From positions 1 through 64,000 of IMG/VR virus record IMGVR_UViG_3300007735_000804: DNA of 64,000 nucleotides, one strand, 5' to 3'. This document shows, piece after piece, positions 1 through 9,439 of this stretch (within the stretch, counting starts at the first letter, position 1; each line of letters starts with the position of its first letter). Under the pieces are notes generated by a model, which made no database searches, was not told the DNA's origin, and saw nothing but the letters and a program-made list of their open reading frames with translations. The translations under genes were made by a program, and so were the position numbers.

Positions 1-300
1 AAGTTGCTATTCCTGCTTATTTTGCATAAGTTGCTATTCCTGCTGATGTAGCATAAGTTGCAATACCTGCTGATGTTGCATAAGTTGCAATACCTGCATT
101 AGGAGCATAAGTTGCAATACCTGCTGATGTAGCATAAGTTGCAATACCTGCTGATGTTGCATAAGTTGCAATACCTGCATTAGGAGCATAAGTTGCAATA
201 CCTGCTGATGTAGCATAAGTTGCAATACCTGCATTAGGAGCATAAGTTGCAATACCTGCTGATGTTGCATAAGTTGCTATGCCTGCTATATCAGCATAAT
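1..300 (-). repeat. 27-bp coding tandem repeat (ATSAGIATY / APNAGIATY)
   Basis: About 10 units of gcataagttgcaatacctgc plus a variable block; the repeat continues past the stop codon at 17-19. Confidence 0.9.
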
Positions 301-3300
301 CAGAAGTAGCGGCATTACCACTTATATCAATATTATAAGTTCCAGATAATCTAGCACTGTTAATGGTTCCAGTAGTAATGTTTGCTGCATCGGTTAAGTT
401 AAATGCTGTAGTAGCAAATGATGCTGTAGAAGCAGTACCAGTTAAGTTAGCGGTAATCGTTCCAGCACTAAAGTTTCCAGAAGCATCTCTAGCGACAACT
501 TGATTAGTGGTATTTGCCGATGTTGCTGCAACACCAATCGTTAGTGTTGCACCTTCACTTCCTCCATCAGCACCAGTAATGTAACTTCCATTTGTAACAG
601 AAGCAACATAGTTTCCAGTGGTATCAGTTCCAAGTCCAACACTATTAGGTTGAATAGTTGCTGCTAAAGAAACATTACCAGTTCCATCAAAACTAATTGG
701 CGACGCTACAATATCTCCAGTGATTTCAAAAGTTCTAGAGTTTTGTAGTGCGGTTGCTACTTGTGCTGTAGATGCAGTACCAGTTAAGTTAGCAGTAATT
801 GTTCCTGCACTAAAGTTTCCAGAAGCATCACGAGCAACAATTGTACTAGGTGTATTATTACTAGTCGCATTGCTGGTAACAGTAAAAGTTGTCGCACCAG
901 AGTTATTATAAGTCGCAACTCCAGAAAGACCAGTTCCAGAAGTATTAAGTGTAAGATTATTTGCAAGAGTTCCAGTTATAATACCAGAAGCGTTAATGTT
1001 TCTTACAACTGCCAAATCTCGTTCGGTGAATTGAACCGATCCTGCAGCAAGTCTTGTACCTGATGGGAATTGAGTACTACCAATACCAATTGCATAATTA
1101 CTCAACCAAGCATCAGTATTCAGACCAGCAAAAGACCCTGCCTTGAACCACATAAATTTCTTGTATGTGGCAGGTAATGATTCTCCAATTGCAACATTAA
1201 CAAGTTGAACTAAAGGATTTCCTTCGGTTGATGCAATGGCAATACCACCATGATTTGCGGTAGTATCCGTTGAAGCATCATTACCATAAGTATTAGTTGT
1301 AAATCCAAGAGTTATATCAGCATCAGTAACTCTAAAATCTTGAACGATAATATAAGCAGTCGTACCACCAACTGTAATATTACCCGTGACATTTAAGTTA
1401 TTATTGACTTGTAAATCATTTCCAACTGTTACGTTTCCAGGTAATGTTGGATTTGAAGCAATCGATATAACAGGTGTAGATCCCTCTCCTGTTCCACCAG
1501 TAACTGTAATTTGTGCTACAGTCCCAGAAACCGACTGCACATAATCACCAGTAGTATCAGATCCAAGAGCAACCGAGTTTGGTTGGATTGTTGCTGCTAA
1601 AGAAACATTACCAGTTCCATCAAAACTAATTGGCGACGCTACAATATCTCCAGTGATTTCAAATGTTCTTGGAGTTTCTAATTTTGTTGCAGAAGCAGCA
1701 ATACCTGTCAGAGCACCGATGAATGTGGTTGCAGTAATAACACCAGAAACTTTCGCATCACCAACAACATCAAGTTTTGAAGTTGGTGTTACTGAACCAA
1801 CACCAAGATTAGTTCCAGTATTAATTGAAACAGTACCAACACCAGCAGTTGGTCCAATATTGATATTAGTGAATGAACCAGAAAGACCACCAGTTCCAAG
1901 GTTAATTGTTTTGGTATTTCCAGAAGCAGTAGCACCTGCCTGAATATCAGTTTGTTGTGATGCAGTTGAACGACCAAATGTGATTAATCCAGTTCCAGAA
2001 CTTCCCCCAAGTGTTATTGATCCTGTTGTTTGGTTACTTCCAAAAACGTGAGTGCCTGATGCTGAACCAGTTAATGAAAGTGTAGAAGTAGCACCCAATG
2101 TTGAGTTAATGGTTACAGCAGTAAATGTTTGAGTTCCACCAAATGATTGTGATAGTCCAAGAACTGCTACTGTATCAGTTCCAGTAATTACCGGTAGGTT
2201 GAGAGTTCTATTAGCAGTAATAGCACCACCAGTAATATCATATTGGAAAGTGTTTGCTGGGTTTTTTATCTTGAGTCCTGATGAAGTAAAGGTTCCAACA
2301 CCAGAAACATTCAGTTGTTGTGCTGTTAAACTTGTTGTACTTGTAACACCTAATGTACTGATACCAGTAACCTGAAGATCGGTAAATGTATTAGGAGCAT
2401 TAGCAATCGCACTTTCAATTGTTGATGTTGTTGTTGCGTCAAGAGAGGTAATATTTTGAAGTTGTCTACCAGAACTAATAACTTCAACCGCATTAATACT
2501 TAACGATCCAATTGTAGTAACTCCAGAAATTTTAACATCACCAACAACATCCAGTTTTGATGTTGGTGTTGTGGAATTGATACCAAGATTAGTACCAGCA
2601 TTAATTAAAATAGTACCAATACCAGAAGTTGGACCAATATTAATTCTAGTAAATGAACTAGAAAGACCTGCTGTACCAAAATTAATTGTTTTAACAGTGC
2701 CAACCCCAGAAGCACCAGCCGAATAATTTGTAGTATGAGTTACTGTAGATTGATCATAAGTTTGTGCGCCTGTTTGAGATACTCCACCCAAAAATATTGT
2801 ACCTGTTGTCTGAGATGCAACAATAAAATTATTAGTTGCACTATTAAATTGAAACCCACCACCAGAAATAGTAATTCCAGATCCAAATGTTTGCATCCCA
2901 ACAAACGTTTGAGGAAATCCAGTTACTGCAATACCAGTATCCGATGTAATAATTGGTAGATTTAAAACATAACTACCAGAAATTTCACTACCATAAATTG
3001 TATATTCATTAGTATTTGATGGATTTCTTATTTTTAAACCACTAGATCCAGGTGGTGAAGAATAAAAAACTCCAGATCCAGAAACATCAAGATTATAAGT
3101 ATCTAAATCTGTAAGTACATTTGCAGATCCAAGTGTAGTAAGTCCTGTGATTTGGCTATTGCCAACAACATATAAACTTCTTCCACCAGCGTTTGTTGTA
3201 CCAATACCTACTCTACCAATTACCTCAAGAGAAGTAAGATTTTCACTATATGATACAATACCTACTTTTAGATTTTTCTGTCTATTGCTGGTATACTTTG

Positions 3301-3304
3301 CCAT
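17..3304 (-). CDS. Long Gly/Thr/Ser-rich tail fibre / virion structural protein with internal repeats
   Basis: 1095 aa. VGIGTT and ISTLG/VGVVT-type motifs typical of cyanomyophage fibres; duplicated RTFEITGDIVASPISFDGTGNVSL and VARDASGNFSAGTITANL modules. Confidence 0.75.
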   Translation of the reverse strand: MAKYTSNRQKNLKVGIVSYSENLTSLEVIGRVGIGTTNAGGRSLYVVGNSQITGLTTLGSANVLTDLDTYNLDVSGSGVFYSSPPGSSGLKIRNPSNTNEYTIYGSEISGSYVLNLPIITSDTGIAVTGFPQTFVGMQTFGSGITISGGGFQFNSATNNFIVASQTTGTIFLGGVSQTGAQTYDQSTVTHTTNYSAGASGVGTVKTINFGTAGLSSSFTRINIGPTSGIGTILINAGTNLGINSTTPTSKLDVVGDVKISGVTTIGSLSINAVEVISSGRQLQNITSLDATTTSTIESAIANAPNTFTDLQVTGISTLGVTSTTSLTAQQLNVSGVGTFTSSGLKIKNPANTFQYDITGGAITANRTLNLPVITGTDTVAVLGLSQSFGGTQTFTAVTINSTLGATSTLSLTGSASGTHVFGSNQTTGSITLGGSSGTGLITFGRSTASQQTDIQAGATASGNTKTINLGTGGLSGSFTNINIGPTAGVGTVSINTGTNLGVGSVTPTSKLDVVGDAKVSGVITATTFIGALTGIAASATKLETPRTFEITGDIVASPISFDGTGNVSLAATIQPNSVALGSDTTGDYVQSVSGTVAQITVTGGTGEGSTPVISIASNPTLPGNVTVGNDLQVNNNLNVTGNITVGGTTAYIIVQDFRVTDADITLGFTTNTYGNDASTDTTANHGGIAIASTEGNPLVQLVNVAIGESLPATYKKFMWFKAGSFAGLNTDAWLSNYAIGIGSTQFPSGTRLAAGSVQFTERDLAVVRNINASGIITGTLANNLTLNTSGTGLSGVATYNNSGATTFTVTSNATSNNTPSTIVARDASGNFSAGTITANLTGTASTAQVATALQNSRTFEITGDIVASPISFDGTGNVSLAATIQPNSVGLGTDTTGNYVASVTNGSYITGADGGSEGATLTIGVAATSANTTNQVVARDASGNFSAGTITANLTGTASTASFATTAFNLTDAANITTGTINSARLSGTYNIDISGNAATSDYADIAGIATYATSAGIATYAPNAGIATYATSAGIATYAPNAGIATYATSAGIATYATSAGIATYAPNAGIATYATSAGIATYATSAGIATYAK
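657..1663. repeat. 74-bp perfect direct repeat (657-730 and 1590-1663)
   Basis: gttgctgctaaagaaacattaccagttcc...ccagtgatttcaaa is identical at both sites. Confidence 0.85.
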
Positions 3305-3319
3305 TTTAGGTAAAAGTTA

Positions 3320-3661
3320 TTAGTTAAGTGTTTCCAAAATACTGCCAAGAAATTTAACATCAGTTGCATTACTTGCAGATAAAACAAGAACATCACCGGA
3401 CTCAAGAACCAATTTGCCTGATAAAAGATTTGCAGAATCACTTGCAGAAATTGGAAAATCCTTCAATATTTCCGTAGTAACTGCAATTCCAGAAGTTGTT
3501 CTTTGATGTGAAAAAGAAATTGTTTGAGTATTATTTCCAATATTTGCTGCTTGTGCTAAAAGGACAACACCAGTATATCCAACAGGTGCAGTGTAGATTC
3601 CAACTGCATTTGTTGTAGAAACTTTAGTGATTGTTTTAAATACATTAAGTGCTAATGCCAT
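3320..3661 (-). CDS. Small virion/tail-associated protein
   Basis: 113-aa beta-rich protein with KLVLESGD motif, lying between fibre genes. Confidence 0.55.
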   Translation of the reverse strand: MALALNVFKTITKVSTTNAVGIYTAPVGYTGVVLLAQAANIGNNTQTISFSHQRTTSGIAVTTEILKDFPISASDSANLLSGKLVLESGDVLVLSASNATDVKFLGSILETLN

Positions 3662-3665
3662 TTTC

Positions 3666-5519
3666 TTATTCTCCTCCTAATGCTAGTATGAATGGTGTCA
3701 TTGTTGAAAACAAACTTTTTGAATAAAATGTACCAGAAATTGTTCCAGTTGTTTGATTAATCACAACACCATCACCAATTCTAAAATTACCAGATTGATC
3801 TGTGCTTGTAAAAACTACTAGACCACCATTTCTCATATCAATTTCATTATCTTGAATTGGAACACCACCTTGAGCAGGAAGAGCACCATTAATATTTGTT
3901 CCAGAACCAATGTATTCAAAAGAATGTCCAGATGCCAATATTCTACTTTGCTTAAAGAATGGTACAGTTGACCCAACACCAACAGCATAAGGAACATTAT
4001 CAGTCAAAGTAATCGTACAAATTCCAGAAGAAACTGGTGTAGAACTTAAGATTGAATAATAAGTTGGAAGTAATTGTAAAGTAGATGTTGCAGTATTTAT
4101 TCCAACATCAGGACCAGCAATTGTGATTGATGGAGTTGTATCATAACCCCTACCACTTGAAACGATTTCGATTGCAGTTACACTTCCGTTTGTTACTTCT
4201 GCGACTGCGGTTGCCCGGACCCCCCAAGATGTAGTGGGGGCGTCAATTGTAATGATTGGACTTGAATTATATCCAGTTCCACCAGAACTCACTTGAATTT
4301 TTCCTATAGTGTAATATAGATTATCGAAATAAACAACCTGACCATCAAAAGGTCTTACGACATTAATCTTTGTAGTACCACCAGAAACATAAGTATGAGG
4401 AAGTGTTGATGGTCCAACATTCACCACAAGTTGATTTGCTGCCGGAACTGATTGAACCTCAAAAACATAACCAAAATTACCACTTGGATATGTTACAATA
4501 CCTGGTCCAGAAGGGCAGGTGAATCCAAGTCCAGCAAGAGTCACTCCCATCCCAACACTAAAATTATGATTTGTAGAAGTTGTAATCGTTGTTACACCGC
4601 TGACATTATCATAAACAGCATTCGATACGTTATAAGTTGGCACATTTAAATCAAGTATAAAAGTATCACTATTTGCTGCTGCTGTTGCCGTTACAATACC
4701 TGTGTATTTTCTAGGTCCGACACCATCAGCAACAAGACCATAATTACCAAAGGAAGCATTAGAGTTAGTTAAATCACAAGCACCACCAGATCCACAGAAG
4801 ACGGCAGTGTCTGGGCAGATTGTAAACAGTGAAACTAACTGTGCATATCCTTCGTTTGTAATTGAAACTCCGATACCACCCTGATTGTATTGGGTATAAG
4901 AGTCAAGAACCATTGATTTTGTTGGTCCAATTGAATACTTACCATCAACTTTCATTCCAATACTGTTTGGAATAAAGTTAGTGCAGTTTTGGATGTAAGG
5001 CGATTGATTATTATAAACTGGTTTATTTGGATTGAAAGCAAAGATAGCACCGGTGTTTGCTGAACCTACAAACGACATTTCAGCAATGTAGTTTCCATTA
5101 CCAACATAAAAAAGGTCTCCTTGATTTTGTGGAGTAACGGAGACCTCTCTTAAACTATCACCAACAATACTAACTTGATTTGGTATTTGAATTGGATTAT
5201 TTTCTACATAAGATCCAGCACTAACTCTAATAACGGAACCTGCTGTTGAGATTGCGACTGCTCCTGCGATGGTTGCTTTTGCGTCTCCGAGTTTGAGTCC
5301 TGTGTTTGTATCGCTTCCGTCTTTTGTGACATAGATGACATTAGTTACTGTTGCGCCTGCACCGATACGAATAATGTCTGTGCCGATTCCTGGACGCTCT
5401 CTTTTTGCAGTGAGTTCACCATCATAAGTATTATAGGCTAATTCAGCACTTAAAAGTTGGTCTACTGTAGGTCTTTTACCAGGAACAGCAGAGCGTTTAA
5501 TCCTGATCGGAGTTGACAT
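3666..5519 (-). CDS. Virion structural protein with pectin-lyase-like beta-helix and tail-fibre repeats
   Basis: IYVTKDGSDTNTG...AKATIAGA, SPYIQNCT, GTGY...P.ITI and TSTDQSGNFRIG motifs. Confidence 0.65.
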   Translation of the reverse strand: MSTPIRIKRSAVPGKRPTVDQLLSAELAYNTYDGELTAKRERPGIGTDIIRIGAGATVTNVIYVTKDGSDTNTGLKLGDAKATIAGAVAISTAGSVIRVSAGSYVENNPIQIPNQVSIVGDSLREVSVTPQNQGDLFYVGNGNYIAEMSFVGSANTGAIFAFNPNKPVYNNQSPYIQNCTNFIPNSIGMKVDGKYSIGPTKSMVLDSYTQYNQGGIGVSITNEGYAQLVSLFTICPDTAVFCGSGGACDLTNSNASFGNYGLVADGVGPRKYTGIVTATAAANSDTFILDLNVPTYNVSNAVYDNVSGVTTITTSTNHNFSVGMGVTLAGLGFTCPSGPGIVTYPSGNFGYVFEVQSVPAANQLVVNVGPSTLPHTYVSGGTTKINVVRPFDGQVVYFDNLYYTIGKIQVSSGGTGYNSSPIITIDAPTTSWGVRATAVAEVTNGSVTAIEIVSSGRGYDTTPSITIAGPDVGINTATSTLQLLPTYYSILSSTPVSSGICTITLTDNVPYAVGVGSTVPFFKQSRILASGHSFEYIGSGTNINGALPAQGGVPIQDNEIDMRNGGLVVFTSTDQSGNFRIGDGVVINQTTGTISGTFYSKSLFSTMTPFILALGGE

Positions 5520-5575
5520 TTATTGCATTCGGTATTTACCAGAAGAAGCAGTATGTACCGCTTTCATTTATTTAT

Positions 5576-5947
5576 TCAACTAGCATTATTACGTCTTGGA
5601 CGATATTTGGATAAGTTAACAGGAGGATCTGGTTTCATCCATTCTTCTATTTTATCAAATCTCTCTTCACTATAAAAGTCTTGCTGAACATACCACAGTT
5701 TCCAATGCTCATGCCCCTTCGATTGATTACATGAATGGCAGCAACATACTACATTTTTTGTAAAGTCCATTCCACCTTTAGACTGCGGAACAATATGGTC
5801 GATTGTTAAATTTTCTTCTGCACCACAATAAGCACACTTATTTTCCCAACTATCTTTTATGTTTTGTCTCCACAACCTTTTTGCTTCTCCGGAACTCATT
5901 GCATGTAAATGAAACATGTATTCTTGAGGCGAATGGAGATTAACCAT
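5576..5947 (-). CDS. HNH endonuclease
   Basis: CAYCG...LTIDHIVPQSKGG...NVVCCCHSCNQSKG. Confidence 0.9.
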   Translation of the reverse strand: MVNLHSPQEYMFHLHAMSSGEAKRLWRQNIKDSWENKCAYCGAEENLTIDHIVPQSKGGMDFTKNVVCCCHSCNQSKGHEHWKLWYVQQDFYSEERFDKIEEWMKPDPPVNLSKYRPRRNNAS

Positions 5948-6050
5948 AAAGACCTTTCTTTTCTTCTATTTATTTTGAGTTTGTATAACCTCAATTAATT
6001 CCTTCAAAGTAATAAAAATATAATGAAACTCATCATAATAAGTAATGTCC

Positions 6051-6257
6051 TCATCCCTCTGAAGATTCTGTAGAATTTTTTTTAGCACAACGATCTCTTG
6101 CCCAAGCACGACTTACACTATTTACATAAGAACAAGACTTCTGTTTTTGACCACAATGGGGGCAAACAGCATCTGGTGGATCTGCAATATAACCATCAGG
6201 TGTATACATCCTTTTTTTCTTTTGGTTTTTTGCTTGTTTATGTTTGCGGTGATTCAT
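6051..6257 (-). CDS. Hypothetical protein, possible Zn ribbon
   Basis: CPHCG...C...C; ATGA-type coupling to the neighbouring gene. Confidence 0.55.
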   Translation of the reverse strand: MNHRKHKQAKNQKKKRMYTPDGYIADPPDAVCPHCGQKQKSCSYVNSVSRAWARDRCAKKNSTESSEG

Positions 6258-6568
6258 ACAATCACAGGTTGCCCTTCACCTTCTGGAAGTTTAATCTGAG
6301 GCAATTGATTAATTTTTTCAACCATCCATTCTTCCTGATGTTGTTTATAAGGTTCTGTGTTGATTGCTAGTTCATTAGTCGGCAATGCTTTGGGCATCTC
6401 AATATCAATAACCTGCCCCATCATAAATTTGTTTCTTGTAATAGTTCTATTTTGTGGATCAAAAGCAACCATCATTAGAGCATCAATTTCTTCACCACAA
6501 TCGGCAATCTTTCGTCCAGTCTTGGTTTCGATGACTGAAAAATAATCTTCACTATTGTACTTTTTCAT
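6254..6568 (-). CDS. Hypothetical phage protein
   Basis: 104-aa ORF downstream of a TATAAT-like promoter. Confidence 0.6.
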   Translation of the reverse strand: MKKYNSEDYFSVIETKTGRKIADCGEEIDALMMVAFDPQNRTITRNKFMMGQVIDIEMPKALPTNELAINTEPYKQHQEEWMVEKINQLPQIKLPEGEGQPVIV

Positions 6569-6676
6569 TGTTCTGTTGCTTTTCTTTATTATAAGGCACT
6601 TGTGGTCTTCTGTAAAGTTGTGGAAAAGTGTCTCTAATGATTTCTGCGAGTTTATAAGGTGTTTCCGTAGTAATCA

Positions 6677-7387
6677 TCAGTATTTTTCAAGTGCATACAT
6701 TCCATTCTTTTCCACAATCGCAGAGCAAGTATCCACAAAATCACCACAACACATATAAGTAATCTTTCCAAAGTTTCTTATATTTCCAGAATGAATATGT
6801 CCACAAATTACACCAGCATACTTCTTATCTCTTTGAGCACAATAAGAAGCAATATCAGTTTCATATTGATTGATATAATTCTTACCACGCACACTATTCT
6901 TCAGGAAATACACTAATGAAAAACGGAAAAATCTTTCTAACCATAAACTCAATGGTGTAATAATTTCATATCCTTTATTAAAAATGAGTTGTTTCCAAGA
7001 CCCAGAAGAATACTCAGAATACTTATCTCCATGAACACAAAGGAATTTATTTCCGTTCGAGTCTTCGTGAATATATTCATCCACCATTCTAAAATTCTTA
7101 TGTTTGAAATCACAGTACCGACGAATCTGACCTTCGTGATTTCCAAGAATATAAACGACTTCTGTGCCTTTCTTGACTAGGTTAAAAATCTGATGAACGC
7201 ACTCAGTATGCTCTTTTGTCCATCGAGTATTATATTTTTCCATACAGTAGATGTCTATAATATCACCTACTAAAACTAGTTTTTTAGTTTTGAGTTCTTT
7301 GAGAAACTTTAGAAATTTTTGAGTGTTACATCGTGGAGTGCCCAGATGCACATCAGAAATAAAGACTGTATCGTAAGTCATAATCAA
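6677..7387 (-). CDS. Calcineurin-like metallophosphoesterase, UDP-2,3-diacylglucosamine hydrolase (LpxH-like) family
   Basis: ISDVHLG, GDIID, GNHE, HGD and CGHIH motifs. Confidence 0.8.
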   Translation of the reverse strand: MIMTYDTVFISDVHLGTPRCNTQKFLKFLKELKTKKLVLVGDIIDIYCMEKYNTRWTKEHTECVHQIFNLVKKGTEVVYILGNHEGQIRRYCDFKHKNFRMVDEYIHEDSNGNKFLCVHGDKYSEYSSGSWKQLIFNKGYEIITPLSLWLERFFRFSLVYFLKNSVRGKNYINQYETDIASYCAQRDKKYAGVICGHIHSGNIRNFGKITYMCCGDFVDTCSAIVEKNGMYALEKY

Positions 7388-7545
7388 AATCTTTTTGGGG
7401 TATATTCCATTCCTTCTAAAAGTGCATCTAACATTGCTCCATATTCTTTAAATCTTCTGTCTCCTGCGATGAAACATCTTTGTCTCATCCATACCGCATC
7501 TGCCAGAAGTTTAATCTGGTCTTCAGAAAGTTCTAGGTTTTTCAT
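7384..7545 (-). CDS. 53-aa micro-protein, paralogue of 31147..31314 (not in ORF track)
   Basis: Hand translation: MKNLELSEDQIKLLADAVWMRQRCFIAGDRRFKEYGAMLDALLEGMEYTPKRF. Confidence 0.75.
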   Translation of the reverse strand: MKNLELSEDQIKLLADAVWMRQRCFIAGDRRFKEYGAMLDALLEGMEYTPKRF

Positions 7546-7657
7546 TTAATAAAAGCAACCTCTCTATGTAGTATTTTAATAATGATAATGGTCTGTAAGT
7601 GAGAGTAAGAACATAAAGATGCCAAATGTTATGAAGAATGTGAGAATTAGGAACATT

Positions 7658-8086
7658 TTATTGGTGCTTTTGTAGGTATTTAATCATTTCTTCTAGAAGA
7701 TTTACATTATCACCTACTTGACCCAATACCATATTACAGTTCCTACAAAGCAACTGACGAACTTTACCTGTCTTATGATCGTGGTCTACACAAAGTTTTT
7801 TCCATTTACCATCACCTTCACCTTTACAAATAGCACAAACTCCTTTTTGCTCATCAAACATTTCTTGGTGTTCTTGAAGAGTTATACCATAGTTTCTTTT
7901 CAAGTCATTATTTCTTGTGCGTTCTGGATTATCTTGATGTCTTTTTTTAACTCTTTCTTTATCACATTCTTTACAAGATGAGTGACGAACCATAGTAGTT
8001 TTATTTCTTACATAAAAATCCGTAGCAAGTTTTTCTTTACCACAAGATATACAAGTTCTATAAAGTTCGGAGTATAGTTTAGTCAT
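7658..8086 (-). CDS. Endonuclease VII-like free-standing homing endonuclease (F-CphI-like)
   Basis: CAICK...LCVDHDHKTGKVRQLLCRNCN; directly downstream of intron-bearing psbA, as F-CphI is in S-PM2. Confidence 0.85.
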   Translation of the reverse strand: MTKLYSELYRTCISCGKEKLATDFYVRNKTTMVRHSSCKECDKERVKKRHQDNPERTRNNDLKRNYGITLQEHQEMFDEQKGVCAICKGEGDGKWKKLCVDHDHKTGKVRQLLCRNCNMVLGQVGDNVNLLEEMIKYLQKHQ

Positions 8087-8109
8087 TCGTGTTTTCTTTC
8101 GTGCATAAT

Positions 8110-8117
8110 TATTTATA
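8110..8117 (-). promoter_or_regulatory. T4-type late promoter TATAAATA
   Basis: Exact consensus upstream of the endonuclease; also exact at 33109-33116, 42959-42966 and 49254-49261. Confidence 0.75.
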
Positions 8118-8143
8118 AAAAAAGGAACTCCGAAGAGTTCCTT
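8118..8143 (-). terminator. psbA intrinsic terminator
   Basis: AAGGAACTC-TTCG-GAGTTCCTT followed by a T run. Confidence 0.8.
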
Positions 8144-8152
8144 AACATTATA

Positions 8153-9439
8153 TCACCCGATGGATGGTGCAGTCAAGGCAACCGAAGTTGTTTGAGCAGC
8201 AGCAAGGTCAAGTGGGAAGTTGTGAGCATTCCTTCTGTTTTAACCTCTGTCGCCAGAGGGAGCGGACTATATCATCACTTATAAGAGTGTCGGACGCTAG
8301 TGGCGTATTACGGATGAAGCGTCATCCACCGCCTAGTCTCTGAACCTTCCTTACACGCTTGCAAGGCTTGGATGCTGATTGTCTACAAGAGAGTTCCAGC
8401 AATTCATCCGATTTAACGAGCGCCATGCAGACACAAAACGCTCATGCATTACCTCAATCCCTAAATTAGCAGAATTCAATACATCTGCCCAAGTTTTAAT
8501 AACACGGTTTTGACTATCAGTAATGCTTTGAACAAAGTTAAATCCATTGAGATTATAACTCATAGTAGCAATACCTAAAGAAGTAAACCAAATTCCAACT
8601 ACAGGAAGTGCTGCTAGGAAAAAGTGCAGTGAACGGGAATTATTAAATGATGCGTATTGAAAAATCAATCGACCGAAATACCCGTGAGCAGCAACAATAT
8701 TATAGGTTTCCTCTTCTTGACCAAACTTGTATCCATAGTTTTGTGATTCAGATTCAGTCGTTTCACGAATGAGTGAAGAAGTAACCAAAGAACCGTGCAT
8801 TGCTCCAGCAAATGCACCACCAAAAACACCTGCAACTCCCATCATATGAAAAGGATGCATAAGGATATTGTGTTCTGCTTGGAATACAAGCATAAAGTTA
8901 AAAGTTCCAGAAATACCGAGAGGCATACCATCACTAAAACTTCCTTGTCCAATTGGATAGAGAAGAAATACCGCAGTTGCAGCAATAGCAGGAGCAGAAT
9001 AAGCAACAAAAATCCAAGGACGCATACCAAGACGATAAGAGAGTTCCCACTCTCGCATAGCATACATCCAAATACCAATCAGGAAGTGAAAAACAATTAG
9101 TTGATATTCACCACCATTATATGCCCATTCTTCTAAGGATTGTGCTTCCCAGATTGGGTAAAAGTGCAGTCCAATTGCATTGGACGAAGGAACAACAGCA
9201 CCAGAAATGATGTTGTTTCCCCACATAAGAGAACCAGCAACGGGTTCCCTAATACCGTCAATGTCTGTTGGGGGTGCTGCAATAAAAGCAAGAATAAAGC
9301 AAGCAGTAGCAGCAATAAGACACGGAATCATAATAGTTCCCGACCACCCCACATAAAGTCGGTTGTCGGTAGAAGTAACCCACTGGCAAAAAGATTCCCA
9401 AGGGTTAGTAGAATTGCGTTGTGCAATAGAAGCAGTCAT
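8153..9439 (-). CDS. psbA: Photosystem II D1 protein, 359 aa; exon 1 9439-8438, exon 2 8230-8153
   Basis: MTASIAQR...EVMHER joined to [25 protein letters not shown]; Y161, D170, E189, H190, H198, H215, H272, H332, E333, D342 and A344 are present. Confidence 0.97.
8231..8437 (-). mobile_element. Group I self-splicing intron (207 nt) in psbA after codon 334
   Basis: Exon ends in U and intron ends in G; P1 GAGCGU/GCGCUC; core elements AATTGCTGGAA (P), AATCAGCA (Q), GTTCAGAGACTA (R), ATATAGTCC (S). Confidence 0.95.

Noticed and set aside
1-300. CRISPR array
   Set aside because: The 27-bp period is an in-frame coding repeat with no unique spacers and no cas genes.
657-1663. Diversity-generating retroelement TR/VR pair
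   Set aside because: The repeats are identical rather than differing at adenines, and no reverse transcriptase is in the window.
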